Positions 1 to 9,726 of a DNA stretch of 60,575 nt are shown here, piece after piece (position 1 is the stretch's first letter; the number at the start of each line of letters is the position of its first letter). The notes beneath the pieces are model-generated. The model was not told the origin of the DNA and made no database searches. It was given only the letters and a program-made list of their open reading frames with translations. The stretch covers positions 1 to 60,575 of the forward strand of contig CAYOXB010000004.1 in assembly GCA_964407835.1 (NCBI GenBank), written 5' to 3'. The stretch is from an uncultured Bacteroidales bacterium. GTDB taxonomy: Bacteria; Bacillota_I; Bacilli_A; ML615J-28; CAG-698. The position numbers were made by a program, and so were the translations under genes.

Positions 1-201
1 GGAACAGAATCTGCAGCTGTAATTAAAGAAAGAGTTGAAAAAGCTCGACGTGAAGTAGATTTAGCTTATATGTATGACTATATTGTTGTAAATGATACAG
101 TAGAAAATGCAGCAGATAAAATAGTTGCTATAATTAGAGCAGAACACGCAACGGTTGAAAGAACAATGCGTAAATATAAAGAAATGTTAGGAGTAGAATA
201 A
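1..201 (+). CDS. gmk: Guanylate kinase, 3' partial (truncated by window start)
   Basis: Frame 1 reads GTESAAVIKERVEKARREVDLAYMYDYIVVNDTVENAADKIVAIIRAEH...*, matching the Gmk C-terminus (YDYIVVND); lies directly before rpoZ. Confidence 0.9.
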   Translation, partial: GTESAAVIKERVEKARREVDLAYMYDYIVVNDTVENAADKIVAIIRAEHATVERTMRKYKEMLGVE

Positions 202-444
202 ATGAGTGTTATACGAGATGGGATGAGATATCCATCAATAGATCAATTAGTTTCAAAAGCTCATTCTAAATACAAACTTGTAATTGGAGCAGCAAAAAGA
301 GCTAAAGATATTAATCTTACAAAAGACCATTTTGTGGAAAGACCATATAATACTAAGAGTATTGGAATTGCTCTTGAAGAAATATATTTAGATAAGATTA
401 AAATTGTTGATAAGAAAGAAGAAGAAGCATTCAATGAAGATTGA
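202..444 (+). CDS. rpoZ: RNA polymerase omega subunit
   Basis: YPSIDQL...SKYKLVIGAAKRAKDI...SIGIALEEI motif; gmk-rpoZ-priA order. Confidence 0.92.
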   Translation: MSVIRDGMRYPSIDQLVSKAHSKYKLVIGAAKRAKDINLTKDHFVERPYNTKSIGIALEEIYLDKIKIVDKKEEEAFNED

Positions 445-453
445 GTGTTTTTT
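427..453 (+). terminator. Intrinsic terminator overlapping the rpoZ stop
   Basis: GCATTCAAT-gaag-ATTGAGTGT stem with G-U pairs, followed by a T run. Confidence 0.55.
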
Positions 454-552
454 ATTACCTTTCTTTTTTTTTACTTATTTTTATGTTAAAATAGTAATAT
501 AAAGTAATTTAGAATAATACTACTAATATATTGTATAGAAGGAGGAACTAAA

Positions 553-2826
553 ATGTATGCGAAAATAATTGTAAACCTAGCGACAACTGAAGTTGATGAA
601 TTATATACTTATAAAGTTCCAGAACAACTAAAAAATGCTATTCATATTGGTAGTAGAGTATATATTGAGTTTGGATTTCAAAAAGTTTTAGGTTTTGTTT
701 TAGAACTTACTGATAAACTTGATTTTAAAGGTGAATTAAAAGAAATATTAGAAGTTATTGACTTCGAAAATGGTCTTAGTTTAGAACAAATTGAGCTTGC
801 TAAAAAGCTTGCATATGATTTAAATACCCCAACAATTTCAACTCTTAATTTAATGTATCCTAGTTTCATGCAAACAAAGTTAAACAAATCACTAATATGT
901 GTTAATTTTGAAGAACTTGATGCTGAGGTTGCTTTACTTTTTAAAGATAGTAAGAGCCTTTTAATAACTAATAAGTTATTAGAAAACTATAGCAAAATTA
1001 AAAAAGAAATAGATAGAGGCAATTTAGAGATTAAAACCAATATCTATACTTATGGTAAGAGAAAACAACTTAAATATTATTATCTAGTAGATAATAATTT
1101 TAAAGTGTTAAATAATAAAGAACTCGACCTTGTAGAATACTTAAGAAATAACGAAGAAGCAACTCTAGAAGAGTTGAAAGAAAATTTAGGTGTTAGCGAT
1201 AGTTTAATTAAAAAGTTAGAGACAAATGGAGTTATTAATTATACGTTAAGAGTACCAACAGAAAAGTATTTAAATAATGAACCAACTTATATTATTGAGC
1301 CTTCCACAACCTTAGAAATGTCTGAAAACAAGTTTTTTAAGCTTCAGGATAAACCTTATTTACTTTATTCTAATAATTATAAATTTAGAAACGAATTTAT
1401 TATTAAGGTTAGTGAGAGAATTATTAAAGAAGGTAAGCAAGTTTTAGTTATTACTCCAACTGTTTTAGAAAACATAAAGATTTATGATTTTATTAAAAAT
1501 GCATTACAAGCAAGAGTTTTAGCTTTTTCATCAAAATTATCAAATAGTGAATACTATTATAATTACAATCAATTAATAGATAATAATGTTGATCTTGTTG
1601 TTACAACAATGTCAGGATCTTTTCTTCCATTTAATAATCTAGGATTAGTAGTTGTTATTGATAGTGAAGATTCATACTATATTAATAGCCAATTTCCAAA
1701 GTATAATACTGTTGAGGTTGCTAAGTTTAGAGCCCATTATAATAATGCAAGACTAATACTTGCAACAGTTGCACCTAAAATAAGCGAATATTATCAATAT
1801 TTTTCAAATAAATACTCACTTATTTCTAGCCATGATAATCTAGGAACAAATAATATTGATTTGGTTAACATGAAAGAAGAAGTTTTAGATAACTTAATAA
1901 GTAGAAAGTTAAAAGAAGAGTTAACTAAAAACATAAATAATAATCAAATGAGTGTTTTAATCTTAAATAGCTTAGCTTATAGAAGATTAATTTTATGTAG
2001 TAAATGTGGAGAGATGTTAACTTGTCCAAACTGTAAGACTAATTTAGTTTATTCAAAAAACAAAAATAATTATAGTTGCTATAGTTGTAATTATCAAACC
2101 TCTAGACCAATATGTAGTTGTGGCTCTTCAAAATTTGATCACTATGGTTATGGTTTAGAACTTTTAAAGGAAGTATTAGAAAAAGAATATCCTAAAGTCA
2201 GAATAACTCAAGTTGATAGTGAGTCTTTAGTTACAGAAAATGATTATCAAAAGCTTTTAAGAGTTTTGAAAAACAAAGAAGTAGATATAATAATTGGAAC
2301 TTATCAAGTAGCTTCTTTAGTGAGCACAAATATTTCTTTAGTTGGGATTATTAATATTGATTTACTGTTAAATCAAAATGATTATAGAAGTAGCGAAGAA
2401 GTTTATTCTTTAATTACAAAGGCAAGATTAAATGAAAATGCTAAATTAATTATTCAAGGTTATAATTTAGAACATTATTCAATTATCAATGCAATTAATA
2501 ATAATTATGAAAACTTTTTTGAAAAAGAATTAGAAATGAGAAAAATGTTATCATATCCTCCATTTAATGAAATAAGTAGATTGTTAATTACTGGAGAATA
2601 TAAAGATATATATTATTTCTCAAATTATTTTAAAAAGATATTTTCAAGAATGACAAAAACACAAATTCTTGGACCTGTTTACTTATCTAGAATTAAAGGA
2701 ATTCAGTTAATTATTAAATACGAAGAATATGAAAAATTAGAACGTGTTATTAATGAAGTAGTGAAGAAGTTTGCAGATAAGAAAATATTAGTTAATTTTG
2801 AAAGATATCCATTAGGGTTTAATTAG
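553..2826 (+). CDS. priA: Primosomal protein N' (PriA) with degenerate helicase/ATPase motifs
   Basis: N-terminal 3'-DNA-binding region (YTYKVP...GSRVYIEFG), Cys-rich region (CSKC/CPNC/CYSC/CSC), C-terminal YPPF..ILGP, position between rpoZ and fmt. Walker A and DExH motifs are not conserved. Confidence 0.88.
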   Translation: MYAKIIVNLATTEVDELYTYKVPEQLKNAIHIGSRVYIEFGFQKVLGFVLELTDKLDFKGELKEILEVIDFENGLSLEQIELAKKLAYDLNTPTISTLNLMYPSFMQTKLNKSLICVNFEELDAEVALLFKDSKSLLITNKLLENYSKIKKEIDRGNLEIKTNIYTYGKRKQLKYYYLVDNNFKVLNNKELDLVEYLRNNEEATLEELKENLGVSDSLIKKLETNGVINYTLRVPTEKYLNNEPTYIIEPSTTLEMSENKFFKLQDKPYLLYSNNYKFRNEFIIKVSERIIKEGKQVLVITPTVLENIKIYDFIKNALQARVLAFSSKLSNSEYYYNYNQLIDNNVDLVVTTMSGSFLPFNNLGLVVVIDSEDSYYINSQFPKYNTVEVAKFRAHYNNARLILATVAPKISEYYQYFSNKYSLISSHDNLGTNNIDLVNMKEEVLDNLISRKLKEELTKNINNNQMSVLILNSLAYRRLILCSKCGEMLTCPNCKTNLVYSKNKNNYSCYSCNYQTSRPICSCGSSKFDHYGYGLELLKEVLEKEYPKVRITQVDSESLVTENDYQKLLRVLKNKEVDIIIGTYQVASLVSTNISLVGIINIDLLLNQNDYRSSEEVYSLITKARLNENAKLIIQGYNLEHYSIINAINNNYENFFEKELEMRKMLSYPPFNEISRLLITGEYKDIYYFSNYFKKIFSRMTKTQILGPVYLSRIKGIQLIIKYEEYEKLERVINEVVKKFADKKILVNFERYPLGFN

Positions 2827-2835
2827 AGGTAGAAG

Positions 2836-3771
2836 ATGAAAATAATTTTTATGGGAACACCTGAGTTTTCAGTTGAAATTTTAAAAGCACTTATGAAAAA
2901 CTATGAAGTAGTTTTAGTAATTACTCAACCAGATGCATATAACTATAGAAAGAAGGAGTATATTCCTACTCCTGTTAAAAAATATGCACTAGAAAATAGT
3001 TTAAAAGTTATGCAACCTGAAGAAATAAAAGAAGTTGAAAAACAAATTTTAAAAATAGATGTAGATTTAATAGTAAGTGCAGCTTATGGTCAATTTGTAT
3101 CGCAAAAAATAGTTAATCATCCAAAGCACAGAGCTATAAATGTTCATGGTTCGATTCTTCCTAAATATAGAGGAGGAGCACCAATTCAAAGAGCTATTAT
3201 GAATGGTGAAAAGGAAACTGGAGTTTCAATCATTTATATGGAAAAGAAAATGGATTCAGGAGATATTTTAAAAATATCCAAAATTCCAATTTTAGATGAA
3301 GATAATCAAGAAACTATTTTTAATAAACTAAGCATTCTTGGTAGTAAAGTTGTTGTGGAAGTAATTGAAGAATTAAAACAGGGAACTGCAAAAAGAGTTC
3401 CTCAAATAGAAGCAGAAGCTACTTTTGCTTATAATCTTAAAAAAGAAGATGAACTTATTGATTTTTCAAAAACAGCTCTAGAAGTCTTTAATCAAATAAG
3501 AGGATTAAATCCTAATCCTGGTGCTTATTTTAAAATGGATAAACAAAATATAAAAGTTTTTAATTCTGAAGTAGTAAATATGTTTACTAATAAAGAGTCT
3601 AGTATTATAATTGATATAACTAAGAAAAGTTTTATTGTTAGTTGTGGGAATAATACTGCAATAGCAATAACTGAAATTCAACTACCAGGTAAGAATAGAA
3701 TAAAAGTAAGTGATTTTCTTAATGGTAGGGGAAGAGAAATAGTTCAAATTAATAAGGAGATAAATAAATGA
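2836..3771 (+). CDS. fmt: Methionyl-tRNA formyltransferase
   Basis: MKIIFMGTPEF, TQPD, INVHGSILPKYRGGAPIQ, MDSGD motifs. Confidence 0.97.
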   Translation: MKIIFMGTPEFSVEILKALMKNYEVVLVITQPDAYNYRKKEYIPTPVKKYALENSLKVMQPEEIKEVEKQILKIDVDLIVSAAYGQFVSQKIVNHPKHRAINVHGSILPKYRGGAPIQRAIMNGEKETGVSIIYMEKKMDSGDILKISKIPILDEDNQETIFNKLSILGSKVVVEVIEELKQGTAKRVPQIEAEATFAYNLKKEDELIDFSKTALEVFNQIRGLNPNPGAYFKMDKQNIKVFNSEVVNMFTNKESSIIIDITKKSFIVSCGNNTAIAITEIQLPGKNRIKVSDFLNGRGREIVQINKEINK

Positions 3772-4319
3772 AACCTAAAATTATTTTTTCAAGAGATGAA
3801 ATGTTTCAAATGAATAGAGATATTCTTTTATCAAGAGGAGTAACTATTCAAGAGATTGCTGAAATTGCTTATGCTCAACAATCAAAATACAATCCTGATA
3901 TTTCAATGCAAGTATGTATTGAAAGTGTAGAAAAGATTCTAACATATAGAGATATTTTTCATCTTATACAATTAAGTGTAGAAATCGATCGTTTAACTGA
4001 AGAAGGAGTTTTTAGAAGCCCAATTCAAGAAATTATGAGAGCCGATCTAGGAATGTTTGGGATTGATGAAATATTTGGTCTAAATATTGCTGCAATGTAT
4101 GGAACAGTAGGTCAAACAAATTTTGGTGATATCGATGTTAATAAGCCTGGTGTTGTAAGAAGACTTAATGAAGAAGGCAAGGGAGAACAATGCCATACAT
4201 TTTTAGATGATGTTGTTGGAGCACTAGGTGCTGCAGCATCAACTAGAGTTGCCCAAATAGTTAGTGAAGATGAGTCTATTAAAGATCCTAACTATGAACC
4301 TATTAGATTTGATATTTAA
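3768..4319 (+). CDS. pgpA: Phosphatidylglycerophosphatase A family protein (YutG-like)
   Basis: FGIDEIFG, YGTVGQTNFG..D..KPG and TFLDDVVGALGAAA motifs; 4-bp overlap with fmt. Confidence 0.8.
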   Translation: MKPKIIFSRDEMFQMNRDILLSRGVTIQEIAEIAYAQQSKYNPDISMQVCIESVEKILTYRDIFHLIQLSVEIDRLTEEGVFRSPIQEIMRADLGMFGIDEIFGLNIAAMYGTVGQTNFGDIDVNKPGVVRRLNEEGKGEQCHTFLDDVVGALGAAASTRVAQIVSEDESIKDPNYEPIRFDI

Positions 4320-4327
4320 AGTTGCAA

Positions 4328-5257
4328 ATGGCTAAAATATATATCTGCCCTAATTGTAATGAATTACGCTTGCTTGATCTTTGCTTGAATTGTAATTGTA
4401 AAATTAAAACTAAAAAAAATATTTACTTTTTTCTTAAAAAAGTAAATACTTTTTTTAATTCAAGTAGTAACTATTATGAGCAAGAAAATAAAGAAATATT
4501 TTTAGTTATAAGTGAAGTAATTGAGTCAATAATGCCCCAAGGTAGAATTTTAGATCTTGGCTGTGGCGATGGTCGGTTAATTACTCCCTTAATTAAAGAT
4601 AACTATGATGTTATTGGTATGGATTTTTCTTTTAAAGTTTTAAAATCTTTTCAGAGTAAGCATAAATTTCACTCTAGAGATAACTACAAATTAATCTTAG
4701 CAGATGCTCATAAAATACCTTTAAAAGAAAATAGTGTTGATTTAGTTATTGCAAACAATCTATTTCATCTTTTAGAAAGTCCAGATGATGTAATTGCTGA
4801 AATTAAAAGAGTTTTAAATGAAGATGGTTATTTATTACAAATATCTAATAATATAACTAATGAATATTTTCACCAAGATAATAATTTTAATTTGTATTTT
4901 AAAATTATTAATTCATATAATAATTTTTATCAAGAAAGCTTAAAGAAATATAATTTAAAATTAAAGGAGCATAGCAATTTTAATATTTATAAATCTTTAC
5001 AAACAAACTTTAAGCTTAACAAAACTGTTCAAACTAAAACTATAATAGTAGAACATCATAAAAACATAAAAGATTTTTTTGCTCGCGAACTAAAACAGTT
5101 AGATTACTTAAAACAAGATATTCCAAAAAATATTAATCAAGCAATAATTAAGAATTTTTTAAAATATTTAAAAGAAAACAAGCTTTTAAATTTAGAAACT
5201 AGATTTAAAGAAAGTTTAAGTTTTATAATTGATTCTTATTCAAACATAAATAATTAA
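4328..5257 (+). CDS. Class I SAM-dependent methyltransferase with N-terminal Cys-rich (possible Zn) segment
   Basis: ILDLGCGDG motif I, GMDFS, ADAHKIPL..NSVDLV, LKRVL-like EIKRVLNEDG; CPNC..CLNC at the N-terminus. ATG 4328 preferred over TTG 4322. Confidence 0.8.
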   Translation: MAKIYICPNCNELRLLDLCLNCNCKIKTKKNIYFFLKKVNTFFNSSSNYYEQENKEIFLVISEVIESIMPQGRILDLGCGDGRLITPLIKDNYDVIGMDFSFKVLKSFQSKHKFHSRDNYKLILADAHKIPLKENSVDLVIANNLFHLLESPDDVIAEIKRVLNEDGYLLQISNNITNEYFHQDNNFNLYFKIINSYNNFYQESLKKYNLKLKEHSNFNIYKSLQTNFKLNKTVQTKTIIVEHHKNIKDFFARELKQLDYLKQDIPKNINQAIIKNFLKYLKENKLLNLETRFKESLSFIIDSYSNINN

Positions 5258-5465
5258 ACCCATTGTTTAGGTGTAAATAATGAGCTTTTAATATTTATGA
5301 CTATTTATTATATATTACTGGATTATAAAATTTAATAACAACGAAATTTAAAATTATAATTATATTGCCCAACGAATGTTTTTAAATATGTTATAATATT
5401 ATAGTTAAATTTGTAATAATACATAAAGGAAAATATAATTAAAATATTAGTATAGAGGAGAACAT

Positions 5466-7646
5466 ATGCATATAATTTTTTTATCTGTAATAGTTTTAGT
5501 GTTTTTAATAGTTAGCGGGTTAGTCATATTTAAGTTTCCTGAAAAAAAGACAATATATCTTAAGGTTTTATCAATTGCCTTGTTTTTTGTTTATCTCGTC
5601 AGGCTTTTTTCTTTTGATATGGTTAATCAAACTTTCAATTTATTTTATATAGATATCGATACACCAATAAATGCTAGCGATACGTGGTTATTTTCTCAAT
5701 TTCTTACTTTTAGTTTATTAATTATTAGGTGGTTTGGTGTTATAGTTGTAGGTTGGATAATTGTAAATATTATTCATCCTTTAAAAAAACTTAGCTTACT
5801 TATTGGTTTAATAGGCACTATTACATCACTACTTAGTATGGTTTTAATAAATTATCATTTAATTGCCTTCCAAAATAATTTGGATTTTAATTTAAGAACA
5901 ATACAGTTTATTATTGAGATTGGTTTAGTGCTTGCTATATCAGTTGTTTATTTAAAAGATGGACTTAAAGATTTAAAACTGTTTAAAGAGCCAAAAGAAC
6001 TATTGATATTTGCTTTAATTATTTTAGGTTCAATGTTTGCATTAATGCCACAACCAATTATCTATAATTTATTTGGTAATTATGGTGTAGTTCCTAAGAA
6101 ATTTAATGCGGAACATTTTGTTTTAATTTTACTACCTGTTGTTTTAATAATCGTTATATATCATTTAATGAAAAATAAAGATAAAGAACAAAAAGATGCG
6201 TTAATATTAATGATGGCAATCTCAGCAGTCTTTCAGTACTTCTATATGCGTAGACCTGGTTTTGCAGCCCTACCACTACATTTATGTAATACAGCGGTAA
6301 TCTTAATATTTTTTGGAGTCTTATTTAAAATTAAAAGTTTCTTCTATTTTTCTTATTTTGCTAATGTAATTGGAGCAATAGGAGGAATATTGCTACCAAA
6401 CTATAGTGCTGATTTTTATTCTTTTCAAGTAGTTCACTTTTTCTTTAATCATACTTATGCACTTATTATTCCGATATTAGCTGTTGCGCTTGGTGTTTTT
6501 GAAAAACCTAAGTTAAAATCAATGTATCAGGCTATAGCAGTATTTTCTGTTTACTTTATTGCAATGTTGTTTTTAAATGCTTGGTTTAATAATTATGCTC
6601 AAACGGATTATTTCTTCACTTATAGTGATTTTCTACCTGATATGTTTGGATTAATTAAACTAAGAAATAATTATATTGTATCGTTTGACATTAATGGATT
6701 AACATTTAAGTTTTTTTGGTTATTTCAAATGATATATTACTTTGTTTTTATTTTTTTGATGTTTGTTAGTTGGTATATATATGATGCTAGTTATCAAGCG
6801 GTAGCTCAAAATAGAGCCTTAAGAGCAAAACAAAAACAAATGAGAATAGATAAAAATTTATTATTAGTAGCACTTGATGGTAAGAGCTTACAAAATAGAA
6901 TGAATGAGGAATATAAAGATATGATTCAAATTATTAATTTTTCGAAAAGGTATGGGAAATCAAATAGGTATGCAGTTAAAAACTTTTCATTAGAAATTAA
7001 GGCTGGAGAAATATATGGATTTTTAGGACACAATGGTGCTGGAAAATCTACTACTATCAAAAGTATGGTAGGAATTCAGTCTATAACTGAGGGTGAAATG
7101 TATATAGATGGTTATTCAATTAAATCACAACCGATTGAAGCAAAGCTTAAAATTGGTTATGTATCTGATAACCATGCTGTTTATGAAAAACTTACTGGTA
7201 GAGAATATATTCATTATGTTTCAGAATTATATAAAATTGATAAAGAAACTAGGGATGAGCGTTTAAATAATTTACTTGAGATGTTGAACCTTGCTCATGC
7301 AATAGATAATGAAGTTAAATCATACTCACATGGTATGAAACAAAAGCTTGTTGTAATAGCTTCTTTAATTCATGAACCTTCAGTTTGGATATTAGATGAA
7401 CCACTTACTGGACTTGATCCTAGCTCATCATACCAAATTAAAGAGTTGATGAAAGAACATGCTAGAAAAGGTAATATTGTATTTTTCTCAAGTCATGTTA
7501 TTGAGGTTGTGGAAAAGGTTTGTACAAAAATAGCTGTAATTACAGAAGGTGAATTAACTGGGGTTTACGATGTAGAAGATTTAAAACAAAAAAATATTTC
7601 CTTAGAAACTTTGTACATGAAAGAAGAAGTTGAGAAGCAGGATTAA
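5466..7646 (+). CDS. YwaF/TMEM164-like multi-pass membrane domain fused to an ABC-2-type ATP-binding domain
   Basis: About 12 hydrophobic segments with LPLHLCN (aa 269-275) and HFFFNH (aa 324-329); C-terminal GHNGAGKST, YSHGMKQK, WILDE and SSH motifs intact; SD gagg before ATG. Confidence 0.8.
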   Translation: MHIIFLSVIVLVFLIVSGLVIFKFPEKKTIYLKVLSIALFFVYLVRLFSFDMVNQTFNLFYIDIDTPINASDTWLFSQFLTFSLLIIRWFGVIVVGWIIVNIIHPLKKLSLLIGLIGTITSLLSMVLINYHLIAFQNNLDFNLRTIQFIIEIGLVLAISVVYLKDGLKDLKLFKEPKELLIFALIILGSMFALMPQPIIYNLFGNYGVVPKKFNAEHFVLILLPVVLIIVIYHLMKNKDKEQKDALILMMAISAVFQYFYMRRPGFAALPLHLCNTAVILIFFGVLFKIKSFFYFSYFANVIGAIGGILLPNYSADFYSFQVVHFFFNHTYALIIPILAVALGVFEKPKLKSMYQAIAVFSVYFIAMLFLNAWFNNYAQTDYFFTYSDFLPDMFGLIKLRNNYIVSFDINGLTFKFFWLFQMIYYFVFIFLMFVSWYIYDASYQAVAQNRALRAKQKQMRIDKNLLLVALDGKSLQNRMNEEYKDMIQIINFSKRYGKSNRYAVKNFSLEIKAGEIYGFLGHNGAGKSTTIKSMVGIQSITEGEMYIDGYSIKSQPIEAKLKIGYVSDNHAVYEKLTGREYIHYVSELYKIDKETRDERLNNLLEMLNLAHAIDNEVKSYSHGMKQKLVVIASLIHEPSVWILDEPLTGLDPSSSYQIKELMKEHARKGNIVFFSSHVIEVVEKVCTKIAVITEGELTGVYDVEDLKQKNISLETLYMKEEVEKQD

Positions 7647-7648
7647 TT

Positions 7649-9259
7649 ATGTTTGCAAGGTTAAAGACTTTAGTTTTACTCCAGTTAAATAATAAATTTA
7701 AAAGATTTGAAAAAGGTTCAAAAAGATTATATGTGGCTATAGCAGTTAGTGCTGTTACTATTCTTATTGTAAGTGCAGTAGCAACCCTAGCAATATATGT
7801 AATAAAAAATATTTTCTTTTTGCCGGTTAACGAATTTTTCGCAATCTTTATTTTACTGTTAACGCAATTAATAAGTATTGTTACTGCTCTACTTGGTATA
7901 TCTAATGATTTATATCAAAGCAAGGACAACCAAATATTATTTCCTTTACCAGTAAAAAATGATGAAATATTTTTAAGTAAAATGATTGTTTATTATATTC
8001 AAGAGTTGCTTAGGAATATTTATATTTTAATTCCAATTTTAGTAGCACTTGGTTTTAATCAAGGAGCAGGATTTTTCTACTATTTGAATATTATCCCTAT
8101 ATCTTTGTTGTTACCGCTTATTTCCGTTTTTACGGCAACAATTTTATCGGTTCCTTTTGTGTATTTAAAAAACTTTTTGAAAAATCATAATATTATTAGT
8201 GCAATTCTTGCTGTTTTACTATTTGGAGTTGTATTTTATATCATTTATCAATTAGTTATTTTGATACCAGTACCGATTAGATTAGTTCAGTTATATAACA
8301 GGTTTATTATTGGGTTATCTTTGTTCATGCAAAATGTTGCTCAATATGGGTTTATATACAGATATATTGGTTATATTTTATACAGTATTAATTCTGGACT
8401 TAATTACTTATATGTTATTTTAATTACATTAAGCTTAGGATTATTAAATTATTTAATTGCCAAACCTTTATATTTTAATCTAATTTCAAGATCAAATGAA
8501 AATACAGTAAAAACACAAAAACATGTGAAGATACGTGAATCTAAAACGATGTTTATTACTTTTTTTAGGAAAGAATTAACGATTGCTAGAAGAAGTCCTA
8601 ATGAATTAATTGATGATTATGCGCTTTTAATGAGCCTTCCGGCAATTATGTTTGTTTTGAATTATATTTATATGGGGATGAATAGATCGAGTATTGGAAA
8701 TAGTTTAGTTTTAATTTTAAACGTCTTTATTGTTTTGTTAGTTGTTGCAGGATCAAATACAGCAGCAGCTACATCAATAACAAGAGAAGGTTATGAATTT
8801 ATCTTGTTTAAGACTGCTCCATATGATACTTCAAAGATGGCTTGGGCTAAGATGCTGTTTAATCTTCTTTTCACAACACTAGTAATAACAATAAGTTTTA
8901 TACTTTTTAGTTTTGCACTTCCGGTATTTCCGAAAATTGATATATTATTATTATTAATATTGACTATATTTGTAAATATTGGCCATATGCTATGGTCAAT
9001 GCAACTTGATATTTTAAATCCAAAATTATCAGAATATGCAACATCGGGAAGTTTAAGTTCAAATATAAATGTGAAGAAATCATTAACTATTGGAATAATA
9101 CTTTCTTTAGTATTTACAGTAGCAAGTGTAGTTTCTTTTGTTTTAATGGATAGACTTGGTTGGATCTTAATGTTAACTCTAGGTGCTTTATTTTTAGTTT
9201 ATCGCTTTATTAGCTTTAATAACTATTTAAAAGCATACTTTATCGAGATTGAGTACTAG
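7649..9259 (+). CDS. ABC-2-type transporter permease (multi-pass, 536 aa)
   Basis: Many TM segments in two halves (LYQSKDNQILFPLP; SITREG...LFKTAP); starts 2 bp after the ATPase fusion. Confidence 0.75.
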   Translation: MFARLKTLVLLQLNNKFKRFEKGSKRLYVAIAVSAVTILIVSAVATLAIYVIKNIFFLPVNEFFAIFILLLTQLISIVTALLGISNDLYQSKDNQILFPLPVKNDEIFLSKMIVYYIQELLRNIYILIPILVALGFNQGAGFFYYLNIIPISLLLPLISVFTATILSVPFVYLKNFLKNHNIISAILAVLLFGVVFYIIYQLVILIPVPIRLVQLYNRFIIGLSLFMQNVAQYGFIYRYIGYILYSINSGLNYLYVILITLSLGLLNYLIAKPLYFNLISRSNENTVKTQKHVKIRESKTMFITFFRKELTIARRSPNELIDDYALLMSLPAIMFVLNYIYMGMNRSSIGNSLVLILNVFIVLLVVAGSNTAAATSITREGYEFILFKTAPYDTSKMAWAKMLFNLLFTTLVITISFILFSFALPVFPKIDILLLLILTIFVNIGHMLWSMQLDILNPKLSEYATSGSLSSNINVKKSLTIGIILSLVFTVASVVSFVLMDRLGWILMLTLGALFLVYRFISFNNYLKAYFIEIEY

Positions 9260-9267
9260 GTGATATT

Positions 9268-9711
9268 ATGACGAAAAAAGGAATAGTACTAATTATATTT
9301 ATAGCAGCAATTATTTCAATATTAATAATAGCTGTATGGGGGACACTACCAGAAAACACTAATCTACCGCCAATTGATTATATTATCTTTACTGATTATG
9401 ATGATTTAAATGAAGACGGAGAAAAAAGAAAAGAGATAAGTAATATAGTCAATGAAACTTTACCAGTTTATTTACTAACTTATGAACTAGGACCCGAAGT
9501 TAATTATTCTCAATTAGTTGTTACTCTAAGTAATACTAAGATCACACACCAAGTTGATTTAGATAATAAACAAATTATAATTTATTACAGTATTGAAGAC
9601 ATTCAACAAAAAAATATTTTAACAGTTACAATAACTGATAAAAGAACTCAAAAAAGCGACACTATCAATCTATGGTTTGAGATTGATGATGTCATCATTA
9701 TCCCAGATTGA
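9268..9711 (+). CDS. Membrane-anchored hypothetical protein with a beta-rich ectodomain
   Basis: Single N-terminal hydrophobic helix followed by a polar domain; SD aggtga; 8 bp after the permease. Confidence 0.7.
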   Translation: MTKKGIVLIIFIAAIISILIIAVWGTLPENTNLPPIDYIIFTDYDDLNEDGEKRKEISNIVNETLPVYLLTYELGPEVNYSQLVVTLSNTKITHQVDLDNKQIIIYYSIEDIQQKNILTVTITDKRTQKSDTINLWFEIDDVIIIPD

Positions 9712-9726
9712 TAGAAAGGAAGAAAT

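Noticed and set aside
5339-5376. CAACGAA direct repeat (31-bp spacing) upstream of the ABC operon as an operator
   Set aside because: Only 7 bp and two copies; not distinguishable from chance
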